DNA of 64,000 bases from Macrostomum lignano (GCA_002269645.1 NIVC01002064.1:1-64000); one strand, 5' to 3'; numbered from the stretch's first letter, positions 24,274 to 36,349 are shown. The notes: a model not told the origin generated them from the sequence alone. Numbers and translations: made by a program.

Positions 24274-24573
24274 TTACGACGAAGCTGAACCTTCGTAACA
24301 CCGTTCGCATAGGAACTGGCCAGCCCGCATGTACACAATGAGGCCGGTGCTGTCGCTGTAGGTCTCTCGGCACTTCTCTCTCAGGTAGAAGCCGCACCGG
24401 CCGCACCGCAGGCAGCACAGGTGAGTCTGCTGCTGGCCGAGACTTCCGTTATTATCTTCATCATTTCCGTCAACTCCCGACTCCAGCCAGGGCAGCGACT
24501 GCGGAAGCTGCTGTGAGCACTGCTCACACCGATTATTATTAACATGGCGCCCATTGTCTAGTGCAAAGTCCAT
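24274..24573 (-). CDS. Small single-LIM-domain protein with expanded spacers, 99 aa
   Basis: ATG to TAA ORF, GC-richer than its flanks. Ligand pattern CEQC-X31-HLCC-LRC-GRC-X28-CERC supplies all eight LIM zinc ligands. HxxCLxC..C..L.E and YxxxGxxLCxxxY resemble LMO-type LIM fingers. Confidence 0.6.
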   Translation of the reverse strand: MDFALDNGRHVNNNRCEQCSQQLPQSLPWLESGVDGNDEDNNGSLGQQQTHLCCLRCGRCGFYLREKCRETYSDSTGLIVYMRAGQFLCERCYEGSASS

Positions 24574-24704
24574 AGTGTACTTTTCCTAAATTACTCGGAT
24601 CATGAACGATAATAGCAGAGTGCTATAAAGAATTAAATGGTATAAATTTGAATGCCTTTCAATTTGTCTTTCTGTCTCATTCTCACCTCTGAAATAAGAA
24701 TCTT

Positions 24705-25437
24705 GTCTTTGGAAACCTCACACCTGGAATGTGAGAGTCTTTGGAAATCTTAACCTTGGAATGTGAGAGTCTTTGGAAATCTCAACCTTGGAATGTGAGA
24801 GTCTTTGGAAATCTCAACCTTGGAATGTGAGAGTCTTTGGAAATCTTAACCTTGGAATGTGAGAGTCTTTGGAAATCTCAACCTTGGAATGTGAGAGTCT
24901 TTGGAAATATTAACCTTGGAATGTGAGAGTCTTTGGAAATCTCAACCTTGGAATGTGAGTCTTTGGAAATCTTAACCTTGGAATGTGAGAGTCTTTGGAA
25001 ATCTCACATCTGTATTTTGAGAGTCTTTGGAAATCTCAACCTTGGAATGTGAGTCTTTGGAAATCTTAACCTTGGAATGTGAGAGTCTTTGGAAATCTCA
25101 CATCTGTATTTTGAGAGTCTTTGGAAATCTCACATCTGGATTTATGAGAGTCTTTGGAAATCTTAACCTTGGAATGTGAGAGTCTTTGGAAATCTCACAT
25201 CTGTATTTTGAGAGTCTTTGGAAATCTCACATCTGGAGTATGAGAGTCTTTGGAAATCTCACATCTGGAGTATGAGTCTTTGGAAATCTCAACCCTGGAT
25301 TATGAGAATCTCTGAAAATCTCAACCCTGGATTATGAGAATCTCTGAAAATCTCAACCCTGGATTATGAGAATCTCTGAAAATCTCAACCCTGGATTATG
25401 AGAATCTTTGGAAATCTCAACCCTGGATTATGAGTCT
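24705..25437. repeat. 30-32-bp minisatellite (TGAGAGTCTTTGGAAATCTCAACCTTGGAATG)
   Basis: Direct reading. Confidence 0.9.
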
Positions 25438-25949
25438 TTAAAGATCTATACCATGAAATACGAGTCTTTGAAAGCACAGGTACAAAAAATAACAAAAGAA
25501 AAGAAAGAAACATCAATGTAGTCGTCAACAAAACACCCAAATTTTATTACTAGAAGCAATTTCAACTCAATACAGAAAACTCTCGTAGCCCAAACAGTGC
25601 AGCTAAAATAAACCCAGTTCCTAATGAACACAGTCAAGCAGAAATGTATACAAAGCGGTATTTAAATGGTACATTAGAATAAAAACAAGATATACGATAT
25701 TACGAAACACACAACGGCACAAACTTTGTACACAAAAGTTAATCTGATGTACTTTTACCAATGAAGATTTTCATATCATTTCTCAGCCGTGCAAAGCATT
25801 GGAGAGCTATAAAGCATGACAAAACAACACAAACGGGCATCTCAGAGCGCAGAGAGACGGGAGAGGTGCAGTGCCGATGAAAACGGTAATCCAGGCCAAC
25901 AAGCATCTCAGAGTCGTTGCAGGTAACACAGATGATGCATCTGAACATT

Positions 25950-26100
25950 AGCTAATGCTGGCACCCATTTTACAGCTGGGTGAACTGAAGCAATGCAGAG
26001 TTAAGTGTCTTGCTCAGGAACACAAATTGTTCCGAGTGGGTCGAGAACCGAACCCCTGACCTTCAAGTCGTGAGTCCGACGTTCTAACCACTAAACTGTA
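25950..26100 (-). mobile_element. Family-1 SINE, head and core only, CpG-intact copy
   Basis: Aligns with 8438-8585. Minus strand TTTAGTGGTTAGAACGTCGGACTCACGACTTGAAGGTCAGGGGTTCGGTTCTC is a tRNA-like head. Confidence 0.75.
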
Positions 26101-26921
26101 TTTATAAAAACTCTAGCTAGTCTACTTGAGTTAGTAGAAAGATAAGCGCTAACACAACGACTCTTGGACGACCTTTCTCGCGACTCAAAAGTTGCCTCTC
26201 CGTCGCATTGCAGTCGTTTGAGTCGTTAAAAAGCCACAAGAGTGGCCAGAGTCGCTAGTGAGTTGTTCGCAATGACTCTTTAGCACGGTAACATTTTCAA
26301 CGGCAGTGTTAATGCAGGAAAAAAGCTTAGTGAAAAAACAAATAATGCACGCGTTCCATTAATACTCCAGCGATTGGAAAGGCGCCAGTGTTTACTTCAA
26401 AAGCGCAGGTAAAAAAGGTTACAGTTTTTAACTAACCCAAGAGCATCAAAGTGGCGCACAGATTTTATGGTTGAGGTTTTTTAATGACCAACTTTAAATT
26501 AAACACAATAAACGATAGTTAATCGCTTAATTAAACTGCAGCGACAAGAGACGTCTCGAAGGAAAATTTTCAGTAGTATACATTTTCAGCCTATAGCTTA
26601 CTTACCGAAGTTTCCGCTCGACTGACTAATAATATAATACTTATGCCCAAAAAATGACAAAAATGACAGAACCTTTTTGCTTGCTCTCACTCTATATGGA
26701 AAATTAGGAATATAGTGATTGTTAAAACAGCCATTATTTGACTGGGCGATGTTTTATTTCACAAGAGGCGCCAGCACCAGAGGTGAGGCAGGGTGTTTAT
26801 CTGTGACTGAGCACAACTATACAGCGCATATGGCATCTTAGAGCATAAGCGCTTATAGAGCTAATGTTTTTACCCAAGAGTCTCGGTACACCACGACTGA
26901 GCAACACTAGAAGCAGCAATA

Positions 26922-29900
26922 TCAGTTGCAGCCCTGTTCTTCTCCCCGGCTTTCCTGCCCCTCAGCAGCTTGTCCAGCTCGACCGTCCGGCATGAGCAGC
27001 TTGTCGTACAGCTGGCCGAACACGGCCCGATTGTGCGCGCACAGCCGCAGGAAAGCGCCGGCCACCTGGGCTAATTCAGCTTCAACGGCTGAATAGCCGG
27101 TTGGCAGGCGGACCTGCCTGGCCTGCAAGTCTTGGAGGCCCTCGCGTAGGAAGTCCATCAGGCGGCTGTGCAGCAGGCGGGCGGCCGCGTGCACCGGCAG
27201 GTCGGCCAGCTGGGCGGTCAGCAGCTGGCACTCCTTGTCGTTGACTCGGTAGTCGGCCGATTCTGCCGATTTCGCCAGAGTGTCGGCCAAGCCGGCGGCC
27301 GCCGAGTCCAGACGGTCGGCCGGACAGTCGGCCAGGACGGCTGCGGCGGCTGCTGTGGCGCGGGCCTGACAGTGGATTAGAGCGATGATTAGGGGATTAG
27401 GGTGATGATTAGGGGATTAGGGCGATGATTAGGGGATTAGAGCGATGATTAGGGGATTAGAGCGATGATTAGGGGATTAGGGCGATTTTAATGGGGCGGA
27501 TCGGGGGAGTCTAATGGGGGCGGATCGGGGCGATTCTAATGGGGGCGGATCGGGGCGATTCTATTGGGGGCGGATCGGGGGATTCTAATGGGGCGGATCG
27601 GGGCGAGTCTAATGGGGGCGGATCGGGGCGAGTCTAATGGGGGCGGATCTGGGCGATTCTAATGGGGGCGGATATTGGGGGCGGATTAGGGCAATTCCTA
27701 TAAAGCATGAAGGCAATTTGTTACTAAAAAATCACTGCTACTGACTAAGGAGCGTGGCGGAGCGGATTAGGGCGATCCTCATCATGGGTAGAATATGGCA
27801 GCACAGCACGATTAACATAGCAACCCCCGTCCCCTACCTTAAACGCCGGCCTCCGGTCTTCGGGCAGCCGCTGGCCCAGCGCGCCCATGGCCAGCAGCAC
27901 GCAGGCGCAGACGCAGTGCAACTGAGCCAGCCGATCCCGGATGCCCACCAGCTTCTGCGCGTCCATTACCAGCGTCTCCGGCCACCAGTCCGCCTCCGGC
28001 TGCGGCCGCGACTGCCGCCAATCTACTAGACGGAGCAGCGCCTCGGACACCACGCGGCTGGGCGTTCGTTCAGCGGCTGGCAGGGCAGCGGCCGACTCGG
28101 ACAGCCAAGCTCGAGTCCGGCGAAGCCCATCAACGCCTACGGCAGCCTTGAGGGGGATAGAATATAATAAAATAGTACGCTATCGAATGTACTGTTACAG
28201 CTAGATGACAGTACTGTTACAGCTAGATGACAGTACTGTTACAGCTAGATGACAGTACTGTTACAGTTAGATGGCAGTACTATTACAGCTAGATTACAGT
28301 ACTGTTACAGCTAGATGGCAGTACTGTTACAGCTAGATGACAGTACTGTTACAGCTAGATGACAGTACTGTTACAGCTAGATGGCAGTACTGTTACAGCT
28401 AGATGACAGTACTGTTACAGCTAGATGACATTACTGTTACAGCTAGATTACAGTACTGTTACAGCTAGATTACAGTACTTTTACAGCTAAATTCCGAATT
28501 TGAAGTCCGAAGGCACTAAGCCTTAGCTAATTAATTAGATTTCACAATTTAATGAACCATAATTGTACCTGCGAAGCCAATAACTGTTCGAATTTCTCTC
28601 TCTCGTAAGTCACAGCCTGCTGTCGAATATAGGGGCGCATCTGCTGCATAGTGAAGTTGGCCATGTCCAGCTTCATCAGGTCCAGCAGGCGGAACAGCTC
28701 CCTGAACAGGGCCACAGGCTCCTGGATGGCAGCGCACGCTCGGATGGCCTCGTCCCGAGCCGGGGCGCACATTTTGCCCATCAGGTCGAGCACGTAGTTC
28801 GAATAGTAGTTGATGTCGAATGCACCGTGCTCCACCTGCAGCCCGAGTGTTTTTGTCGAGTTGCTAAGTATAGCAATGAATAGTATTTACCGGAATCTCT
28901 CACACATTAATGGAATCTCATCCATAATTAACCGAAACCTCACTAATAACTAACTGGAATCTTAATCGTGACTAAACGGTGCCTCACTAATCACTAACTG
29001 GAATCTCACCCATGACTAACCGGAATCTCATTCATGACTAACCGGAATCTCATTCATGACTAACCGGAATCTCACCCATGACTAACCGGTATCTCACTAA
29101 TGACTAACTGGAATCTCAATCGTGACTAAACGGTGCCTCACTAATCACTAACTGGAATCTCACCCATGACTAACCGGAATCTCATTCATGACTAACCGGA
29201 ATCTCACATATGACTAACCGGTATCTCACTAATGACTAACTGGAATCTGAATCGTGACTAAACGGTGCCTCACTAATCACTAACTGGAATCTCACCCATG
29301 ACTAACCGGAATCTCATTCATGACTAACCGGAATCTCACATATGACTAACCGGAATCTCATCAATAACTAACCGGAATCTCAACCATGACTAACTGGAAT
29401 CTCATCCATGACTAACTAGCATTCATCTGACTAAACGGAATCTCATATCTATAACTAACCGGAATCTCATCCATGACTAACTGGAATCTCACATATGACT
29501 AACCGGAATCTGGGCTATGAGTAACCGAAATCCCACCGGAATCTCAAGCACTGACCATAAAAGTACAACAAATCTTACCTTCTGCCTGATAAGCTCCAAA
29601 TCCAGCACCTCTTCAATCTGCTGACGTGCCCGTTCATTATTAGGCAACAGCGATAGCAAAATAGTTTTAATCTCGCCGATCAGCGTCACAGCCTGACTGT
29701 AATCCGGCGGTTGCTTGGCCAAATTCTCGGTCAGCATGTCCCAGAAGGCGCGGTGCATTGTCTCGCGAACCCGACGCTCGAGCTCCTCGGGTGACGCTGC
29801 CGACACCGCCGCCGCCGCCGCCGCCGCGCCACCAGACGAAGCTGCCGACGATGCCTCAGAGGCGGAGGTGGCCGGCGGTTCGAATCGAAAATTATCATTA

Positions 29901-30220
29901 GTAGCGACCTCGTGCGCCAGCACCAGATTATTGAACGCCTCCTGGGCCTCCATGAGTTTCTCCAGGGTCACGTAGACGTCTGGTGAGCGGCCGAACTGCT
30001 GCTCGGGATTGACAAATCGGGGCGACCGGGGCGACCGCCGATCGTCTGGTTGACTTGCTGCCTGCGCCTGATCCCGGTGCTGGGGATCTGTACTGCTCTC
30101 CGAGTCTCTGTGCTCTCTGGCGCGGCCGCTGCCGCCTCCGCCACTTCCGTCGCCGATTGGTTTGGCTTCCGAGGCTTCGCGATTGTCACCGGCTGAGTCT
30201 TTGGAAGCTTTGTCGCTCAT
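26922..30220 (-). CDS. TCP11L: T-complex protein 11-like (TCP11/SOK1 family), 4 exons, 553 aa
   Basis: Exons 30220-29579, 28835-28569, 28146-27838 and 27365-26922, all phase 0 with GT-AG. Family motifs ETMHRAFWD, EVLDLELIRQ, MCAPARDE, LDLMKLDMANF, YEREKF, PETLVMD and HNRAVFG. Confidence 0.92.
27372..27690. repeat. Two adjoining G-rich arrays (20-bp GATTAGGGCGATGATTAGGG; ~24-25-bp CTAATGGGGGCGGATCGGGGCGAGT), TCP11-like intron 3
   Basis: Direct reading. Confidence 0.85.
28192..28488. repeat. 22-bp minisatellite (GTACTGTTACAGCTAGATGACA), TCP11-like intron 2
   Basis: Direct reading. Confidence 0.9.
28895..29510. repeat. 22-bp minisatellite (TGACTAACCGGAATCTCACCCA), TCP11-like intron 1
   Basis: Direct reading. 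Confidence 0.9.
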
Positions 30221-30257
30221 GCTGCGGCTTTACATGAACAGCGTCATTGTGGGGAGC

Positions 30258-30815
30258 TGAATGTACATTGTGAGGGAGTAAGTGTACATTGTGGAGAGTG
30301 GGTGTACATTGTGAGGAAGTTAGTGTACATTGTGGGGAGTGAATTTATACGGTGCAAGAGTGATAGTCTGTATGTTCACGAGATACAGAGGTGTTAGCTA
30401 GGAGACAGTGTACATTGGCTGAATTTGTGAGGTGTTGGGTAGGAGACAGTCAGTGTACATTGGCTGTTTGTGGGGTGTTGGCTAGGAGACTGTGTACATT
30501 GGCTGAGTTTGTGGGGTGTTGGCTATGAGAGAGTGTACATTGGCTGAGACTGTGGGGTGTTGGCTATGAGAGAGTGTACATTGGCTGAATTTGTGGGGTG
30601 TTGGGTAGGAGACAGTCAGTGTACATTGGCTGTTTGTGGGGTGTTGGCTAGGAGACAGTCAGTGTACATTGGCTGTTTGTGGGGTGTTGGCTAGGAGACA
30701 GTCAGTGTACATTGGCTGTTTGTGGGGTGTTGGCTAGGAGAGAGTGTACATTCGCTGAGTTTGTGGGGTGTTGGCTAGGAGACAGTGTACATTGGCTGAG
30801 ACTGTTGGGTGTTGG
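30258..30815. repeat. GTGTACATT-based array (~21-bp units grading into 42-46-bp units) just upstream of the TCP11-like ATG
   Basis: Direct reading. Confidence 0.85.
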
Positions 30816-31782
30816 CTAGGAAGAGGTCAAGTAAGGCTGATTTCATGTTTTGCCTTCCACTGTCATTCTGTTTGCGCACAAAGAAATGACGAGGCAACAA
30901 TTAGCCTGTATTATTTAGTAAGCTTGATCTGCTGTATAAATATATATATAGGCTCGCATAATTTATATAGATACGCAGTTGAAGGAATGATACGAGAAAC
31001 GACAAATCGTTGATTTATTCGCAACTATTTTATATATTAAAGGTCGTAGTGGTAACAAGTATATAAATGAATAATAGTGTCGATAATGAGAAATAAATAA
31101 GCCGGCTTATTTCTTCGGGAATGTATAGAGGGTCTGTTCCGGTGTTCTACAATTCAGAATTATTAATGTAAATTAAATGTGAGCAGGAAAATTTCGCTTT
31201 TTAGCAAACATGTCTACATTAATTAATATGCTAGAGTAAAGGGCCCGTGTGTGAATAGAATTATAATAAAATTACACACACGCGTATTAATTACCTAATT
31301 ACAGTGCAGGCACTTGAGTATCATAGGTAAATATCATCAACTTACTATCAACAAACACTTGGAAGTAGGTCGGTAATTAATACAAAGATGCTAAAATGAC
31401 GTTTGGTCCGTGTGAAAAATAAACAAAAATAAAAAGGTAAGTCCCTTCTCTGCTGGTGCTGCCAAAAACAGATTAGTTAGAAAAGTGTTTTTTGAAAAAT
31501 GAAAATAACATTAGCACACGCACACACAGGTATACAGTATCAAATGACAGCGGGGGGGGGTTAAAATTAAATACGTTATTAGGCATTGGGTTCTGTACAT
31601 ATTCTAGACACACCGACAGTTTAAACCTCAGAAATTAGTAAAAATAGTGCCGCGCGGCGGTTGTTAATTTACGCGCGAAGCTCATTAACTGGGGCATGAG
31701 AACATCACCTGGATTTTAATTAGCCAACAATATAGTGGGTCGCTGGCTGTTAATGGGAACGTGAGGGACAATATCATTCTGG

Positions 31783-32465
31783 CTGGATTGGTGCCTGAGA
31801 CCCATAGATTGGTGTCTAGCACCCATAGATTGTTGTCTAGAACCCATAGATTGGTGTCTAGAACCCATAGATTGGTGCCTGAGACCCATAGATTGGTGTC
31901 TAGAACCCATAGATTGGTGTCTAGAACCCATAGATTGGTGTCTAGAACCCATAGATTGGTGCCTGAGACCCATAGATTGGTGCCTGAGACCCATAGATTG
32001 GTGTCTAGAACCCATAGATTGGTGCCTGAGACCCATAGATTGGTGTCTAGCACCCATAGATTGTTGTCTAGAACCCATAGATTGGTGTCTAGAACCCATA
32101 GATTGGTGCCTGTGACCCATAGATTGGTGCCTGAGACCCATAGATTGGTGTCTAGAACCCATAGATTGGTGCCTGAGACCCATAGATTGGTGTCTAGAAC
32201 CCATAGATTGGTGCCTGAGACCCATAGATTGGTGTCTAGAACCCATAGATTGGTGCCTGAGACCCATAGATTGGTGTCTAGAACCCATAGATTGGTGCCT
32301 GAGACCCATAGATTGGTGCCTGAGACCCATAGATTGGTGCCTGAGACCCATAGATTGGTGCCTGAGACCCATAGATTGGTGTCTAGAACCCATAGATTGG
32401 TGCCTGAGACCCATAGATTGGTGCCTGAGACCCATAGATTGGTGCCTGAGACCCATAGATTGGTA
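31783..32465. repeat. 21-bp minisatellite (CCCATAGATTGGTGCCTGAGA)
   Basis: Direct reading; two alternating variants. Confidence 0.95.
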
Positions 32466-32917
32466 GATAGAAATTAAAGAGGTAATTTGAGGAGTAAAAC
32501 ATTCGAGATACAATTAAAAAGCATAACTACTTACAATATAAATAAAGTGATTTTTGACAAAATCAATGTGGTCAATTACAAATTGGCATGCTATGTATTC
32601 GGGAAATAAAAAAGCACAATTCGATAAGGTTAAGGGCAGCGCGAAGATTATAAAAGCAGCAACTTTCTGCCAATTCATCAAGCCTAACAGTAGATTGGCG
32701 TGCAGGATTTCGAGAATGAGCATTTTGCTATGCATTTTTTTATCAAGTGCAACTAAAAACTGGCATTAGGAATTGACATCGGAAATCCAAATTACTCCAA
32801 ACATGAATTAACAGCTTCAATTAACAAAGTTATAATAAAACAAATACCTATTTTTAAGAAACAATTCACAATAGAATGGTGCCGTGGCTTGAAAAATCAC
32901 ACAGGCCTTCAATAAAA

Positions 32918-33737
32918 TCTGCTGTTATAACAGATTTCTTAGAAACAAACAACCCCTCCCCCGCAGACTGACAATGGCAGCTGCTGTTATAACAGATTTC
33001 TTAGAAACAAACAACCCCTTCCCCAGCAGACTGACAATGGCAGCTGCTGTTATAACAGATTTCTTAGAAACCAACAACCCCTTCCCCACAGACTGACAAT
33101 GGCAGCTGCTGTTATAACAGATTTCTTAGAAACCAACAACCCCTCCCCCGCAGACTGACAATGGCAGCTGCTGTTATAACAGATTTCTTAGAAACCAACA
33201 ACCCCTCCCCCGCAGACTGACAATGGCAGCTGCTGTTATAACAGATTTCTTAGAAACAAACAACCCCTCCCCAGCAGACTGACAATGGCAGCTGCTGTTA
33301 TAACAGATTTCTTAGAAACAAACAACCCCCCTCCGAAGACTGACAATGGCAGCTGCTGTTATAACAGATTACTTAGAAACAAACCCCCCTCCGGAGACTG
33401 ACAATGGCAGCTGCTGTTATAACAGATTTCTTAGAAACAAACAACCCCCCGCAGACTGACAATGGCAGCTGCTGTTATAACAGATTTCTTAGAAACAAAC
33501 AACCCCTCCCCCGGAGACTGACAATGGCAGCTGCTGTTATAACAGATTACTTAGAAACAAACCCCCCTCCGGAGACTGACAATGGCAGCTGCTGTTATAA
33601 CAGATTTCTTAGAAACAAACAACCCCCTCCGCAGACTGACAATGGCAGCTGCTGTTATAACAGATTTCTTAGAAACAAACAACCCCTCCCCCGCAGACTG
33701 ACAATGGCAGCTGCTGTTATAACAGATTTCTTAGAAA
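32918..33737. repeat. ~58-61-bp tandem repeat (GACTGACAATGGCAGCTGCTGTTATAACAGATTTCTTAGAAAC + variable C-rich segment), ~14 units
   Basis: Direct reading. Confidence 0.9.
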
Positions 33738-33936
33738 TGAGTCGCACTAAAATTTATAAGATTAGTTGTTTAATAAGCTTGTTTACTTGACTAAACTGAT
33801 CGAGTATAGTTAGATTTTGTCACAACTAATTAATTGAGCGCTGAATCTAGTAAACTCCACAATAAGCACAGCAACTTTAGAAAAAAAGAAAGTTATTAAA
33901 AGAAGAAACTGTCAGTAAAAAATGGCTCGAATACAG

Positions 33937-36219
33937 TTACTTAGCGGCCAGGGCCTGCAGATCCTTTTTAAGCCGGTCCAAGTCCACCGTCACGGCCATG
34001 TATTTCTTAGACATCTGGTCCAGATCCTCCTTCAGCAGAGCGATGTCCTGCTGGGCGGTCCGTTTGAATCGTTGCAAATCTTGCAGCTCCCGACGCCGCT
34101 CCTCATCCTGCTGTTTAAGCTGTTCAATCTCGTCGCGGAGGCGCTGCTGCTGCTCTTGATAGTCAACTGACATCGAGACGCTGTCGGCTGGTTGCGGGAC
34201 TGCTGGAGGTAAACGCTTGGGCTCCGCCTGCGGAGTCGATTCATAATAGTGCTATTACGTAACCATGTCTGCTATTACGCAACCATGCCTGTTACTACGT
34301 AACCATGCCTGCTATTACGTAACCACAGCTGCTATTACGCAACCATGCCTGTTACTACGTAACCTTGCCTGCTATTACGTAACCACAGCTGCTATTACGA
34401 AACAATGCGTGTTATTACGTAACCATGCCTGCTATTACGTAACCACGTCTGCTATTTCGTAACCATGCCTGCACTAGTTAGCGCAAAGGTAAAAATAAAA
34501 CATTTAATTTTCAATTGTTACATACCACATCAGGTCCATTGCGAGCCGGGTCAGCCACGGGGCGCTGGAAATTGCATTGGAATGGCAGCTGATGTATTTT
34601 TTTGGGTGAGGGCACCGGGTTAGGTTATGCAACACCTACGTAGATAGCTAAGACTAATATACTTGTGGGATTGGGGAATGTGCAGCAGTTCCCTGTGGTA
34701 TTGGGGAATGTGCAGCAGTTCCCTGTGGTATTGGGGAATGTGCAGCAGTTCCCTGTGGTATTGGGGAATGTGCAGCAGTTCCCTGTGGTATTGGGGAATG
34801 TGCAGCAGTTCCCTGTGGTATTGGGGAATGTGCAGCAGTTCCCTGTGGTATTGGGGAATGTGCAGCAGTTCCCTGTGGTATTGGGGAATGTGCAGCAGTT
34901 CCCTGTGGTATTGGGGAATGTGCAGCAGTTCCCTGTGGTATTGGGGAATGTGCAGCAGTTCCCTGTGGTAATGGGGAATGTGCAGCAGTTCCCTGTGGTA
35001 TTGGGGAATGTGCAGCAGTTCCCTGTGGGATTGGGGAATGTGCAGCAGTTCTCTGTGGGATTGGGGAATGTGCAGCAGTTCCCTGTGGTATTGGGGAATG
35101 TGCAGCAGTTCCCTGTGGTAATGGGGAATGTGCAGCAGTTCCCTGTGGGATTGGGGAAGGATCTCTATAACGCAGATGGATGCAGACTCACCAGGCCAGG
35201 CTTAATCCCGACCTTGGGCGGCGTAGGCGGCGGCGGCGAGGGCTTGACGGCAGGCTGAGGCGGCAGCGGCCTCTCAACGAGGTTGGCAGGCGCAGGGCGG
35301 ACGGCCGCAGCAGGCGGAGGCACCGGCGGCTTGTACGGAACAACGAAATTGTCCGGGAAGACGCCGATCCGGCCGTCGATTTCGCCGCGCCACCAGCCTT
35401 CGTCCTCGACTTGGCGACTCAAGACTCGGACAATCTGGCCGGGCTCCAAGCTTAACTCGTCCCGACTGGTGGCCTCGTATTTGAACTGGACTTGAACGAG
35501 GTCCTCAGGCTGCTGAGGCTGCTGAGGCGGCGGCGCAGCAGGTTTGCCAACTCCGGCGCGCTGGTCCTCGGCTCGCTTCAGAGTGATGGGCTCGCCAGCG
35601 AAGATATTGCCCAGCCCGACGCCGCCAACAATGTGATTGGCGCGCTGCTTTGGGCCGACACCGCCGCTAGGATTGGCCGCATGGGCGGCGGCGGCTTTGC
35701 CGCTGAAGTCCAGACAGGAGTTGGGCACGACAACCCGGCCGCCATATTGTTTCCCGGCGTACACAGTCGACTGCTGATCGCCGCGCTTGGCAACAAACAC
35801 AGACGCGCCTGTGAGATTGAATAGTTTTTTAACCGGATATGTATCGAAAGTTCAAATTAATTACGATACACAGCGGGTAAACAGCGGGAGTAACTATAAC
35901 GAATGCCGAAAACGAAACGCCTCGCCATCTAATCAGTTATTAGCGAAGCAGATTTTCTAAATAAAAGCAACTGAAAAATGAGTGCCTTACCCGCCGGAAT
36001 CCGCTGGTGAGGCACTTTCAGCGCTGCCTTGCTGCACTCGACAACAAAGTTGTCAGGGAACAGGCCAGACTTGCCCGACGACTCCTTTCGACCAGTCATC
36101 CAGCCGTCATCGTTGGCCGGCTGCGCGTCAAGAATGATGTCGCCCGGCTCGATTGTCAGCTCGTCTGACTCGGTTGCATCATAGGCGAATTCGGCCACAA
36201 AACAGGAGCTCTCAGACAT
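33937..36219 (-). CDS. SH3KBP1: CIN85/CD2AP (Cindr)-family adaptor: two SH3 domains, Pro-rich region, C-terminal coiled coil; 4 exons, ~391 aa
   Basis: Exons 36219-35991 (SH3, phase 1), 35808-35192 (SH3 + PxxP), 34564-34526 (39-nt micro-exon, less certain) and 34227-33937 (coiled coil). SH3 motifs DELTI..GW..G.FPDNFV and DELSL..GWW.G..G.FPDNFV. Family linker GVGLGNIFAGEPITLKR. Confidence 0.85.
34250..34470. repeat. 20-bp minisatellite (GCTATTACGTAACCATGCCT), adaptor intron 3
   Basis: Direct reading. Confidence 0.85.
34663..35157. repeat. 30-bp minisatellite (GGGGAATGTGCAGCAGTTCCCTGTGGTATT), adaptor intron 2
   Basis: Direct reading; highly homogeneous. Confidence 0.95.
35873..35937 (+). other. 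28S rRNA-derived fragment (helix 69-71 / R2 target region), copy A, in adaptor intron 1
   Basis: GCGGGTAAACAGCGGGAGTAACTATAAC (26/28) and AAACGCCTCGCCATCTAATCAGT (20/23) match the conserved eukaryotic LSU sequence GCGGGTAAACGGCGGGAGTAACTATGAC-TCTCTTAAGGTAGCC-AAATGCCTCGTCATCTAATTAGT (reference from memory). The central 15 nt are replaced. Confidence 0.8.
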
Positions 36220-36279
36220 GGCTAAGCATGAATTACGGCAAATATTGTTTAATTATCATTTATCATTAATCATAAAGTT

Positions 36280-36345
36280 GTGGGTAAACGGCAGGAGTAA
36301 CTATGACAGTATTAAGATAAGTAAATGCTTTGTCATCTAATTAGT
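36280..36345 (+). other. 28S rRNA-derived fragment, copy B, ~60 bp upstream of the adaptor ATG
   Basis: Ungapped 55/66 match to the same LSU segment: flanks 26/28 and 21/23, centre 8/15. Confidence 0.85.
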
Positions 36346-36349
36346 GCAC

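Noticed and set aside
26605-26615. CCGAAGTTTCC, identical to another 28S rRNA motif
   Set aside because: Only 11 nt with no flanking similarity; plausible by chance.
32918-33737. CRISPR-like look (constant block plus variable segment)
   Set aside because: The variable parts are short related C-rich variants rather than unique spacers; eukaryotic context and no cas genes.
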